From Candidatus Thorarchaeota archaeon (GTDB lineage: Archaea > Asgardarchaeota > Thorarchaeia > Thorarchaeales > Thorarchaeaceae): 21,322 nucleotides of DNA. This document shows positions 1 to 9,200 of the stretch, one piece after another. The stretch is taken from positions 1 to 21,322 of the forward strand of contig JAEORO010000189.1 of the NCBI GenBank assembly GCA_016840855.1. Reading direction: 5' to 3'. The translations under genes and the position numbers were made by a program. The notes under the pieces were generated by a model, which was not told where the DNA came from, did not search any database, and was given only the letters and a program-made list of their open reading frames with translations. How positions within the stretch are numbered: position 1 is the first letter of the stretch; each line of letters starts with the position of its first letter.

Positions 1-273
1 CAAGTTGAGTTGAGTGCTATCTATAGGGAATTGATTGCAAACGCTATGAGTGCTTACGATAGTATTGTAAGTCACAACTTGAATCGTGTCATTAAGACAC
101 TAACATCCATTTCGCTTCTTGTTACTGTTCCCACATTGATTGCTAGCATATATGGTATGAATGTAGGATTGCCATTTCAGGAGGAAACTCTAGCGTTTGT
201 ATTTGTCATATTTATCAGCCTATCCATAACACTCCCAATGCTTGTTATCCTCACAAAGAAGGGTCTAGTCTAA
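1..273 (+). CDS. corA: CorA-family Mg2+/Co2+ transporter, C-terminal part (5'-truncated by window edge)
   Basis: Frame is open from base 1. It shows N-x-x-I-K-T-L-T, then TM1 ending in the family signature YGMNV-x-LPF, then a second TM helix and a basic tail (KKGLV). Confidence 0.92.
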   Translation, partial: QVELSAIYRELIANAMSAYDSIVSHNLNRVIKTLTSISLLVTVPTLIASIYGMNVGLPFQEETLAFVFVIFISLSITLPMLVILTKKGLV

Positions 274-310
274 CCCTCTTGCATTTTCGCCAAAATAGCA
301 TGGAAAGAAT

Positions 311-345
311 CGAACTTATTTATCAGTAGGTTAACAAGTTAATCT
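311..345 (+). promoter_or_regulatory. Putative BRE/TATA promoter for a near-leaderless pfkA transcript, with an imperfect palindrome before the ATG
   Basis: CGAACTTATTTATCAG (311-326) ends ~20 nt before ATG 346 with no obvious Shine-Dalgarno. TTAAC-AA-GTTAA inverted repeat at 331-342. Confidence 0.4.
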
Positions 346-1311
346 ATGAAAATTGCTGTTCTCACTAGTGGCGGCGATAGTCCTGCAATGAACGCCGCTA
401 TTCGTGCAATAACCAGAGTCGGAATTAACAGACATTGCGAGGTTTTTGGGGTCTATGGTGGATTTCAAGGTATTCTCAATGAGCAAATCCATGAGCTAAA
501 CTCTCGATCTGTTTCCAGAATACTACACAGAGGTGGGACAATCCTCACAACTGGTAGATCTGAGGAGTTCAAAACTCAAGCTGGATTGAAAAAAGCAACC
601 AAAATATTGTCAGATCGTGGTTTTGATGCACTAATTGCTATTGGAGGGGATGGTACAATGCATGGATTGGATGAACTTGGAAAATATTGGAATGGTCGAT
701 TGATTGGATTACCAGGAACCATTGACAATGATCTTTCAGGAACAGATTATACAATTGGTTTTGACACAGCAGTGAACAATGCACTAGAAGCATTGGACAA
801 GATTCGAGACACAGCTGAAGCATTTTCACGTATTTTCCTTGTTGAAGTGATGGGTCGTCATGCTGGATTCATTGCATTTCATGTGGGTGTTGCCACTGGT
901 GCATCAGCAATATTGATGCCAGAAACAACAACAACAATCGAGGAACTAGCTCAGAAAGTTACTGCAGCAAAAGCCCGGGCAAAAACAAGTGTTCTCGTAG
1001 TCGTTGCTGAAGGTGATGAGTTAGGAAATGCACATGTGATAGAGAAGGCGTTATCAGAAAAGATAGGTGAGGGTTGTAGAGTATCCGTTCTTGGTTATAT
1101 ACAAAGAGGTGGAAATCCAACACACTTTGATCGGATACTTGCGACTCGCCTTGGAGCTTATGCAATTGAATGTCTCTTGGGTGGAATGCATGGCGGCATG
1201 GTTGGGGAAGTCGATGGTAACCTAATCATGACTCCCTTTGAGGATACATGGACAATAAAGAAACCATTAGATCAATGGATGCTAGGGCTCCTAGATGAAT
1301 TATCAAGCTAA
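346..1311 (+). CDS. pfkA: ATP-dependent 6-phosphofructokinase, PfkA family
   Basis: Canonical motifs IAVLTSGGDSPAMNAAIR, GGTIL, IGGDGT, PGTIDND, TIGFDTA, VEVMGR, VVAEG and LGYIQRGG. Gly in GGDG and in PGTIDN are the ATP-type specificity residues. Confidence 0.96.
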   Translation: MKIAVLTSGGDSPAMNAAIRAITRVGINRHCEVFGVYGGFQGILNEQIHELNSRSVSRILHRGGTILTTGRSEEFKTQAGLKKATKILSDRGFDALIAIGGDGTMHGLDELGKYWNGRLIGLPGTIDNDLSGTDYTIGFDTAVNNALEALDKIRDTAEAFSRIFLVEVMGRHAGFIAFHVGVATGASAILMPETTTTIEELAQKVTAAKARAKTSVLVVVAEGDELGNAHVIEKALSEKIGEGCRVSVLGYIQRGGNPTHFDRILATRLGAYAIECLLGGMHGGMVGEVDGNLIMTPFEDTWTIKKPLDQWMLGLLDELSS

Positions 1312-1350
1312 TACTCGGCAGACTAATACGCAGGTGCGTATAGATACTGA

Positions 1351-1833
1351 ATGGAGGTCGAGGAATTGGTCTTCAAGTACCTTGCAGATTATCATCTTTG
1401 GGCCGGATGGAAGATGCGGGAAGTTCTAAGCGGGTTAGATGCTGAAGATTTCTCACAGGAGGTCTTTGGTACAAGTCCTCGGGAACTTGTGCAACACATA
1501 GTCTTGGCTTTAGAAACCTGTTTTTATTTCATCGAAAATGAAAGAGATAGTTCAGTCTTTGATAGGGTCAAAAGACTTCCTCGACAGGAATTGCTTAAAC
1601 GTTGGGAGGTCCTCGACACAAGACTCAGTCATGCTATTGAAGAGATACCTCAAGACAAGATAATGGTCAAGCATATCAGAGAAGAGCCATTTGAGATCGA
1701 TGTTTTGGATTTCTTCCTGCAATATCTTCTTCACACCACTCATCATCGTGGCCAGCTTGCAAAAGTTCTGAGCGGCATGGACTTGGAGGTTCCCGGTACT
1801 GATTATCTTATGTTTTTTGGAGAGCACGCTTGA
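1351..1833 (+). CDS. DinB/YfiT-like four-helix-bundle metalloprotein
   Basis: 160 aa. N-terminal YHLWA, internal QHIV and C-terminal HTTHHRGQL supply the His triad typical of the DinB superfamily. Confidence 0.85.
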   Translation: MEVEELVFKYLADYHLWAGWKMREVLSGLDAEDFSQEVFGTSPRELVQHIVLALETCFYFIENERDSSVFDRVKRLPRQELLKRWEVLDTRLSHAIEEIPQDKIMVKHIREEPFEIDVLDFFLQYLLHTTHHRGQLAKVLSGMDLEVPGTDYLMFFGEHA

Positions 1834-1985
1834 ATGCGTATTTCAGAATAGTGCAAAGATGTTTTCAATTCAATTAATGAGTTGGATTTCTTCTTTGAAA
1901 TAATATTTCTTGCATGTGAACACAAATCTCTCATTCGAAGACTTTAACTAGCCCCACGCTTTACAGCACTTTAAGGTGGTATTTC

Positions 1986-2642
1986 GTGGACATAACAAGA
2001 TCCCTAAACGGTAGTGAATTGAGGGACTGCGATGTTGTTGACTCAAGCGGTCAGAAGGTTGGTCGTATCAATGATATGACATTCACATTTGATGGCCAGT
2101 TGAAGCTCGAGCAGTTTATTCTTGCTGGGTCTGACTGGGAGGAGTTTCTCGAATCCATCAAGATGAAACCTGATAAAGATCCACTGTTCGATGCATCCAT
2201 GATTCGCTGGATTGGTGACAAAGTTCAACTCGAGTCGAATGTTAATGCGTTGAAGACGACACTCGATAAAGGTGCGATTCCAAAAGGAGAAATTCGATGG
2301 TCTGAACTATCAAAGAAACACATCGTTGATAAAGATGATGTAACAGTAGGCAAAGCTGTTGACATCGATTTTGATATTGATGGCACAGCATCTCTCACAG
2401 TTGGTGGGGGTATGGTCGAAGAAACTCTTGAGAGAATCGGTCTGAAGGATGATATCGATATCATAGTACCAGCAGAAACAATTGAGTCGATTGCTGACCA
2501 AATCAGACTCAATGTATCAAAGGACGAACTCCAACTTACGATGGACAATGCACTTGAGAGTCCTGAAGTTCATGCAGTAAAGGACAAAAGAGATGTAGAA
2601 CGAAGCGTTGTGAAAGTACGCTTATTTCAGAGACCTATCTAG
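1986..2642 (+). CDS. Tandem (double) PRC-barrel domain protein
   Basis: Two internal repeats, ELRDCDVVDSSGQKVGRINDMTFTFDG and ELSKKHIVDKDDVTVGKAVDIDFDIDG, match the PRC-barrel pattern. GTG start with AAGGTGG SD-like sequence at ~1973-1979. Confidence 0.85.
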   Translation: MDITRSLNGSELRDCDVVDSSGQKVGRINDMTFTFDGQLKLEQFILAGSDWEEFLESIKMKPDKDPLFDASMIRWIGDKVQLESNVNALKTTLDKGAIPKGEIRWSELSKKHIVDKDDVTVGKAVDIDFDIDGTASLTVGGGMVEETLERIGLKDDIDIIVPAETIESIADQIRLNVSKDELQLTMDNALESPEVHAVKDKRDVERSVVKVRLFQRPI

Positions 2643-2770
2643 CAAATCAAGCGTTTCCTATTGCAGATTCAGCCGCATGGGGAAAGAGTCGTTAGAAGAT
2701 ATTTTATCAGATATTCAAAACTGATAATTAGTATACTAACGCCTGCTGATTACAAGCCCCCTCCGCGATA

Positions 2771-5700
2771 TTACCAAATATGCAATGGTTCTTCTTCCTC
2801 AATCATCAAGTCGTCAGTATCCGAAAAGTCGAACTTCATCCTTGAGAGAAGTTTCTTTATATCCTTGACTTCCACTTCTCTGGATTTATAGTCTAGCAGT
2901 ACTAATCGCAATTGATGTAGAGTTTTGCCAAGTTTCGGATTGAGTAATTCAGGAGCCTTTTGTCGAAGCTGCTCCCAAATATCTCGTGCCTCCTTCAGCG
3001 CTTGTTCAGCATCCGGTAATTTCTTGACTTTATGTTGTATAATTCCGAAGTTGTGAAGAGATGAAGCCAATCCTGCTTGGTACATTTCAGGTGATTGCTT
3101 GACGAGTCTTCTTCGAATTTCAATTGACTCTCTGAGTGACTCTTCTGCATCGGAATATTTGTTCATGTCTGCAAGGAGGATACCTTGGTTGTTAAGTGAG
3201 ATAGCTAGTATTGGTTCAAAGAACTGTGCCTCGATCTCAACAAATTGCTTCTGAATATCAACTGCTTCGGAGATTTGCGAATAAGCATCTTCAAGCATAC
3301 CCAATTCCCTGAGAAGCAATGAGTAATTGTTGCGCGTGAGTGTTGTATTATATTGAAACTTACTTGGGATCAGATGTATGATTTCTTCAAAGAGTCCCAA
3401 CGATTCTTGATAGAGTCGTCTTGCCTCTCGTAATTCTTCAAGCTTTCTGTGTGTGATGGCCAAATTACTCATAGAGAGAGCATAGTCATGTTTCGAATAA
3501 CTTGGTACAACATTTTGCTGTTTTTTAATTGTACTCAGAGCATCTTCAAGCAAATTCTTGGCCTTGAATGGTTTATCTACACATAGATAGAATGCGCCAA
3601 AATTATTCAATGCCTGTCCCAATAGGTATTCATTCCAAGAAGATTGATTTCTTTGGGCTTTAAGAAATTTAGTCGCTTCATTCATCTCTCTCTTTGCATC
3701 TACCAGTTTGAGGGTCCTTCTATAAAGAGCCAACGAAATTGTAGATATATTAATTGCCAGGAGTATTTTAGCCTGATATGGATATTCTTCTTTTTTGGCC
3801 TTTTCTCGGAGTAGACCTTCAGCTCTGCTGAGGACTGAGCTTGCTCTGGAGGTATCTCCACATATTATTAGAAACCGAGCATGGTTGAATAGTTGGTCAG
3901 CAAGATCCAGATCGTAGACTCTTAGTTCTTCTTGGTCAAGCTTTTCAAACATTTGTAGAGACTCATTTAGAACTGGCTCAACCTTACTAATCTGACCAGT
4001 ATAGCACAGAAATTCAGCGTACCAACGTAGAGCATTTGAAAGTCGCCATTCATACACATCATGATCTATATCATCGAGCTCTCTTCTCTCTTTGATAACC
4101 TCACGATACAATTCCTCTGCCTCAGTAATTCTTCCTAAAAACCATAAGTTCAGCGCCAAGTTCCCGCCTATTGCAGCTAGAACCGCTTTAAGACGGGCAT
4201 TATTTGGATCTTGGGTGCATAATTCTCGTTGGAGGTCCAATGCTTCTTGGTAACTCTTTACCCTCTGTGTGATATCTACTTGCATCGTAGCAAGGGTGTT
4301 CAATGCCCAAGGCAACTGGTCTTGATTTTTAGCCTGTCTATAAATTTCGACTGCTTCCTGTGCCAGCGGCAACGCCTCATCCTGTCGATTTAGAACATTG
4401 GCAAGATAAAACCCAAACCTGCAAAGCGTTTCCGCCAGATTCTCCAAGTTCCCTATTATGCTGGTACTTGTAAATTGTCTTTGAATGTCGATTGCATGAA
4501 TGAAACACTCTTCACCTTCCTCATACCTAGAAGTATTAAACAGCAAATCTCCCAAGACACTAAGGTAGATTCCAAGGCTAACACCATTATTTGGGAAATC
4601 TTTTGTGGCTAGCTCTTCGAAATTTCCTACTGCATCCCTAACTGCTGCTTCAGCTTCAGCATATCTGGTTTCAACATACAGAGCCCAACCTGACATTCCT
4701 TGATGTTCTGTTTTACCTTTTTTAGTCTTGAACGATAGATTCCTTAGGATTTCAAGAGCATCTTTGGTGGACTCTCTTCGTATGAGCTTAAAGATGATGT
4801 TCCTCGCTCTCTGGATTGCTTCTTCTTCTGAATATAGTGCTCTAACAGATAATGCCATTCCAAGTAGAGATGGATTATGTTCTTCCTCTGATTCCCTTGC
4901 AAGTAGACTAGAAACCTCCTCTCCTAAGAGAGTCAATTGCTTCCCTAGTTCCGCTCGCACTAAATCCTCTGCAAGATCGTGCAAAACAAAGGTTCCATCA
5001 CTACGTATCGTTACGAAACTCAGTCTTTTCAAGTGATCCCAACTATCAGGAGTCAGTTCCGGTGCAATTATGTGCATGATTTGTTCATCGAAATATGGAA
5101 CTAAGCCCGCGCGATTGATTAGATTGTGTAATCCTTTCGCTTCGCTGAATAATCTTCTCCATACTTTCAACCTAACCTCCGCAAGGGTATCTGCCCGTAA
5201 GTCTTCAATGTCTGATACATATAAATCACTAGTGTTGATCATGTCGCAAATAACGTCAAGGACAAATGGGTTGCCACCACTAACACTTACAATTCTCTCT
5301 TGGAGCTCCCTGTCAACAACTCCCTGAAGCTCAAGCATCTCGATGCAACTAGCTCTGTCAAATTCTGTAAGTTCTGTTTCTTCGATTTCGACTATTTTGT
5401 TCTTGGCTGCAGATCGCCTGCTTGCCATTACTCCGACACAGTGAGAAAGGTTAGAGAGAAAAATTGACCAGAGCTCAGTTTCGGTGATTCTTTTTCCGTC
5501 ATATTTCCACTGCGTTTTTTCATCATCAACATACTCAAAGTGATCTAAAAGAAGAAGGATGGGAATACTTGGATTCTCCCTGTTGTTGACATCCTCCAAT
5601 AATGCTTCTAAATACAAAAATTCAGCACGTCGCGGTTCTTTCCATAGAAATTGAAGAAGCTGCTCGACGTAATTCTTGCCTAACGTTTCCTGAAGCCATT

Positions 5701-6169
5701 TCCCGATTGTGCCATATTTCCCTTTTAACATGGGTGTGACCTTCGCACCAACTGCGTTGATTGCACTCCCAATACTGGCAAGTGACCCTATGAATGGAAT
5801 AGCCATGACAACCTCTTTTGCCCATTCACGTCCCTCTTCCTTTACCGGTTCCACTCCTTCCACGAAACGCTGTCGAATTTGCCAGAGTATGTCAAATCTC
5901 TGAAGCCTGACTCCTTGGAGCACAGCTCCTTTGGCAAGTATGTTAAGACGTTGATAAAACTCTGAATATTGTTCACAGTCCAGACGTATTGTCTTCTCGT
6001 GTGTGTTGACCCAGTGATTGAGCAAAGATGACTTACCAATCCCACCTATCCCTTTGAGGTGGAGCACGATGCTCTTCTTCTTGCATCTCTCAAGAGCTTT
6101 ATTCATCCACTCGATATGTTCTTCTCTGTCCACAAACACATCATCAGATGTTTGGTAGTGCTTGTACAC
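2771..6169 (-). CDS. STAND (NB-ARC/AAA_16-like) NTPase with C-terminal TPR repeats, paralog 1 (~1132 aa; start revised to GTG 6169)
   Basis: FVDREE, Walker A GIGGIGKSS, Walker B LLLLDHFE, sensor-like ASRR, GxP motif SGGNPF and MHD-like LHDLA, then ~42-aa TPRs (LAISLNNQG, LASSLHNFG). The GTG aligns with the start of paralog 3 and follows GTGAGG. Confidence 0.9.
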   Translation of the reverse strand: MYKHYQTSDDVFVDREEHIEWMNKALERCKKKSIVLHLKGIGGIGKSSLLNHWVNTHEKTIRLDCEQYSEFYQRLNILAKGAVLQGVRLQRFDILWQIRQRFVEGVEPVKEEGREWAKEVVMAIPFIGSLASIGSAINAVGAKVTPMLKGKYGTIGKWLQETLGKNYVEQLLQFLWKEPRRAEFLYLEALLEDVNNRENPSIPILLLLDHFEYVDDEKTQWKYDGKRITETELWSIFLSNLSHCVGVMASRRSAAKNKIVEIEETELTEFDRASCIEMLELQGVVDRELQERIVSVSGGNPFVLDVICDMINTSDLYVSDIEDLRADTLAEVRLKVWRRLFSEAKGLHNLINRAGLVPYFDEQIMHIIAPELTPDSWDHLKRLSFVTIRSDGTFVLHDLAEDLVRAELGKQLTLLGEEVSSLLARESEEEHNPSLLGMALSVRALYSEEEAIQRARNIIFKLIRRESTKDALEILRNLSFKTKKGKTEHQGMSGWALYVETRYAEAEAAVRDAVGNFEELATKDFPNNGVSLGIYLSVLGDLLFNTSRYEEGEECFIHAIDIQRQFTSTSIIGNLENLAETLCRFGFYLANVLNRQDEALPLAQEAVEIYRQAKNQDQLPWALNTLATMQVDITQRVKSYQEALDLQRELCTQDPNNARLKAVLAAIGGNLALNLWFLGRITEAEELYREVIKERRELDDIDHDVYEWRLSNALRWYAEFLCYTGQISKVEPVLNESLQMFEKLDQEELRVYDLDLADQLFNHARFLIICGDTSRASSVLSRAEGLLREKAKKEEYPYQAKILLAINISTISLALYRRTLKLVDAKREMNEATKFLKAQRNQSSWNEYLLGQALNNFGAFYLCVDKPFKAKNLLEDALSTIKKQQNVVPSYSKHDYALSMSNLAITHRKLEELREARRLYQESLGLFEEIIHLIPSKFQYNTTLTRNNYSLLLRELGMLEDAYSQISEAVDIQKQFVEIEAQFFEPILAISLNNQGILLADMNKYSDAEESLRESIEIRRRLVKQSPEMYQAGLASSLHNFGIIQHKVKKLPDAEQALKEARDIWEQLRQKAPELLNPKLGKTLHQLRLVLLDYKSREVEVKDIKKLLSRMKFDFSDTDDLMIEEEEPLHIW

Positions 6170-6190
6170 ACTACATGCCTCACAATGTGT

Positions 6191-6231
6191 GATAGGTAAC
6201 ATGAACAGAGGTCCAAGATAAGCTAGTCGGT
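6191..6231 (-). promoter_or_regulatory. Conserved ~41-bp upstream element, copy 1 (putative promoter of paralog 1)
   Basis: Ungapped hand alignment gives 34/41 identity to 9664-9704 and 32/41 to 12769-12809. The minus strand reads ACCGACTAGCTTATCT. Confidence 0.65.
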
Positions 6232-6234
6232 GGG

Positions 6235-9200
6235 TCACCAACTGAAAAGAGGTTCTTCTTCTTCAATCCATAGCTCAGCATCATCGGGAAAATCGAGATT
6301 CATGTCCCAGAGGCGTTTTTGTATAGCTTTGGCTTCGCTTTGCGTGCCATCATCTTCAAGAATAGTCAGTCTTAGTTGATGCAGTGTTTTCGCTAGCCTC
6401 GGGCTAAATAAATCCGGAGCCTTGGCTATCAGCTGATCCCAATTCTCAGCGGCCTCTCTGAACAACGCCTTGGCATCGCTTGATTTCCCAGTTTTCATTA
6501 GCAAGACTCCAAGATTGTAGAGAGATGCAGCCAATCCTGCCTGATGCATTTCAGGTGTTCGTGCAGCCAGCCTTCTTCTAAGCTGAATTGCCTCATTGAG
6601 TGATTCCTCTGCTTTAGGATGCGAATTCAATACAGAGAGGAGAATACCTTGGTTATTGAGGAAAATCGCCAGTATTGGCTCGTATAGAAAGGGCTCAATC
6701 TCAGCATACTCTCTCTCGATTTGAATTGCCTGTGAGAGTCTTACTTCTGCTTCATCGAACAAATCCATCTTCCTTAGAAGAACTGAGTAGTTGGACAATG
6801 TGACTGCAAGATTTTGCTGAAAAACCCTTGGTATCAAATGGGCTATTTCATCAAAGATAGAAAGGGCTTGCAAATAGAGTTCGTTTGCCTTCTTTAATTG
6901 ACCTTCTCTTTTACTCAGAATGGCAAGGTTGCAGAGAGAAACTGCAAATGTGTTCATTGAAATGACAAGCTGGAATTCTTTATGTTTTTCAATCAGACTA
7001 GAAGCTTTCTCAAGTATATTTCTGGTTCCAGATAGTTGATTTAGGTAGAGTTTCGATGCGCCAATGTTGTTCAGCACTATGCCTTCTCCTATTTCATAGA
7101 AATGTGAGGATCTTTCATATTGCTCAAATATCTCGGTTACATTGCTAATCAGCGACTCTGTCATCTCCACTCTAAAGGTCCGTGAGTATAACTGTAGCAC
7201 AGGACCAGCCAGCTCATATGCCAATGGTCTCATGGAATACGGCATTCTTCTGGCCTGTTTTTTGTAATCCTCACTGAATTGAATTGCTTTACTTATGACA
7301 GATTCAGCTTCAACAATTCTTTCCAACGCAACTAAGATGTAAGCCAAATCAAACATGTTCTGAGATGAACTATAAGTCCAACCCCCAGGTTCCTTCTTTT
7401 CTAACTCCTCATAGATTCTTGAGGCTTCACGATAGAATGGTTCAGCCTTTGAAACCTGACGAACTTGCCACAAGCGCCATCCATACCAATGTAGTGCTGC
7501 TGCATAACGCCCTCCATATATGTCCGGGTTTGCAGCATAAAGTTCTCTTCTTATATCTAGAGACTCGCGATTCAAATCTAATGCCTCATTGATGGCTCCT
7601 CTGACGTACAGTTCATTAGATAGATTGCCGCAAATTGCAGTAAAAACAGACTTGTAGCGGGTATTGGTTGGGTCTTGGGAAATCACCTCTCGTTGCTGAG
7701 CAATTGCTTTTCTAAATGTCAGTAACGCCTTATCGCGATTGCTGTTTCTTTGATGCATAATGCCAAGAATATTCAAGGCATACGGCAGCTCTCTTCGCTC
7801 ATTGGATTGCTCATAGATTTCGACAGCCTCTTGGGCAAGTGCTAGTCCCGCCTCCGGGCGATCTGCAAATGTACCCAGAAGAAGCGCAAACGACGAAAGC
7901 ACCTCTGCATCATCCTCCGAGCAACGGTCTGGGTTTTCAGCAGACAGTCTTCTAATAATCGCCAGCCCTTTTGTATAAGATACCTCAGCTTCTGCATATC
8001 TAGCGGTCTCTTTCATAACAGAGGCTAGGATTGCCAAGTAGAAGGCGACACTGCCACGATGTTTGGCAAAATCCTCCTTGGTCAAATTTTCAAAAGTATG
8101 TATCGCGTCCTTCAAGGTAGCCTCTGCCTCAGCATATCTGGTTTCAACCCTCAAAGCCCATCCTAGCATCCCCTGATGTTCCGCTCTGCCACTCTCAGTT
8201 CTTAATGATAGATTCCTCAAAATTTCAAGAGCGTCTTTGCCCGATTCCCTTCGTAAGAGCTTATGGATGATATTCTTTGCTTTCTGCATTGCTGCATCTT
8301 CTGAGAACACAGCTTCAACCGACAACGCCATTCCAAATAGGGATAGATCATGCTCTTCTTCTGATTCCCTTTCAAGCAGAGAAGAGACCTCCGAAACTAA
8401 GGGGCTTAGTTGCCTTCCTAATCCAGCTCGCACTAGATTCTCTGCAAGGTCATGTAACACGAAAGTTCCATCACTGCGCATCGCCACGAAACTCAGTCTT
8501 CTCAGACGGTCCCAACTATCGGGAGTCAATTCGGGTGCGATGATGTGTATTATTCGCTCGCTGAAATACGGAACTAAGCCTGCGCGATTGATTAGGCTCT
8601 GTAATCCCTCTGCTTCACTGAATAACCTCCTCCAGACCTTCAACCGAACCTCTGCAAGCGTGTCTGCTCGTAGATCTTCAATATCCGACTCAGATACCTC
8701 GCTTGCGTTGATCAAATCGCAGATAATATCAAGGACAAACGGGTTGCCACCGCTGACACTAACAATCTTCTCCTGGAGATTATTGTCAACCACACCTTGA
8801 AGTTCAAGCATTTCGATGCAACTATCTCTATCCAGTTCTGTGAGTTCACTTTCTTCAACATGGATTAACTTACTATCAGTCACTGGCCGTCTACTGGCTA
8901 ATACGCCAACACAATTCCTGAGGTTGGAGAGGAAGATGGTCCAGAGTTGTGTCTCGTTTATTTTCTGTCTTTGATATTTCCACTGAGCTTTTGTATCATC
9001 TACATACTCAAAATGGTCTAACAGAAAGAGAAGCGGGGTGTTTGAATCCGCTCGGCTGTTGATGTCCTCTAAGAACGCTTCCAGATAGAGAAACTCAGCA
9101 CGTCTTGGGTCTTTCCAAAGGATTTGAAGAAGTTCCTCAATGTGATTTTTGCCAAGGGTTTCCTGAAGCCACTTACCGATAGTACTATACTTGCCCTTCA

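Noticed and set aside
2661-2891. 76-aa plus-strand ORF after the PRC-barrel gene
   Set aside because: TTG start, half of it antisense to paralog 1, and low-information composition.
6170-6241. N-terminal extensions of paralogs 1 and 2 in the ORF track (RLAYLGPLF.. / RLAYLRPLF.., also 9643-9756)
   Set aside because: The similarity reflects the conserved DNA element. In paralog 3 the same element is out of frame and cut off by an in-frame TAA, and SD-like motifs precede the aligned GTG codons.
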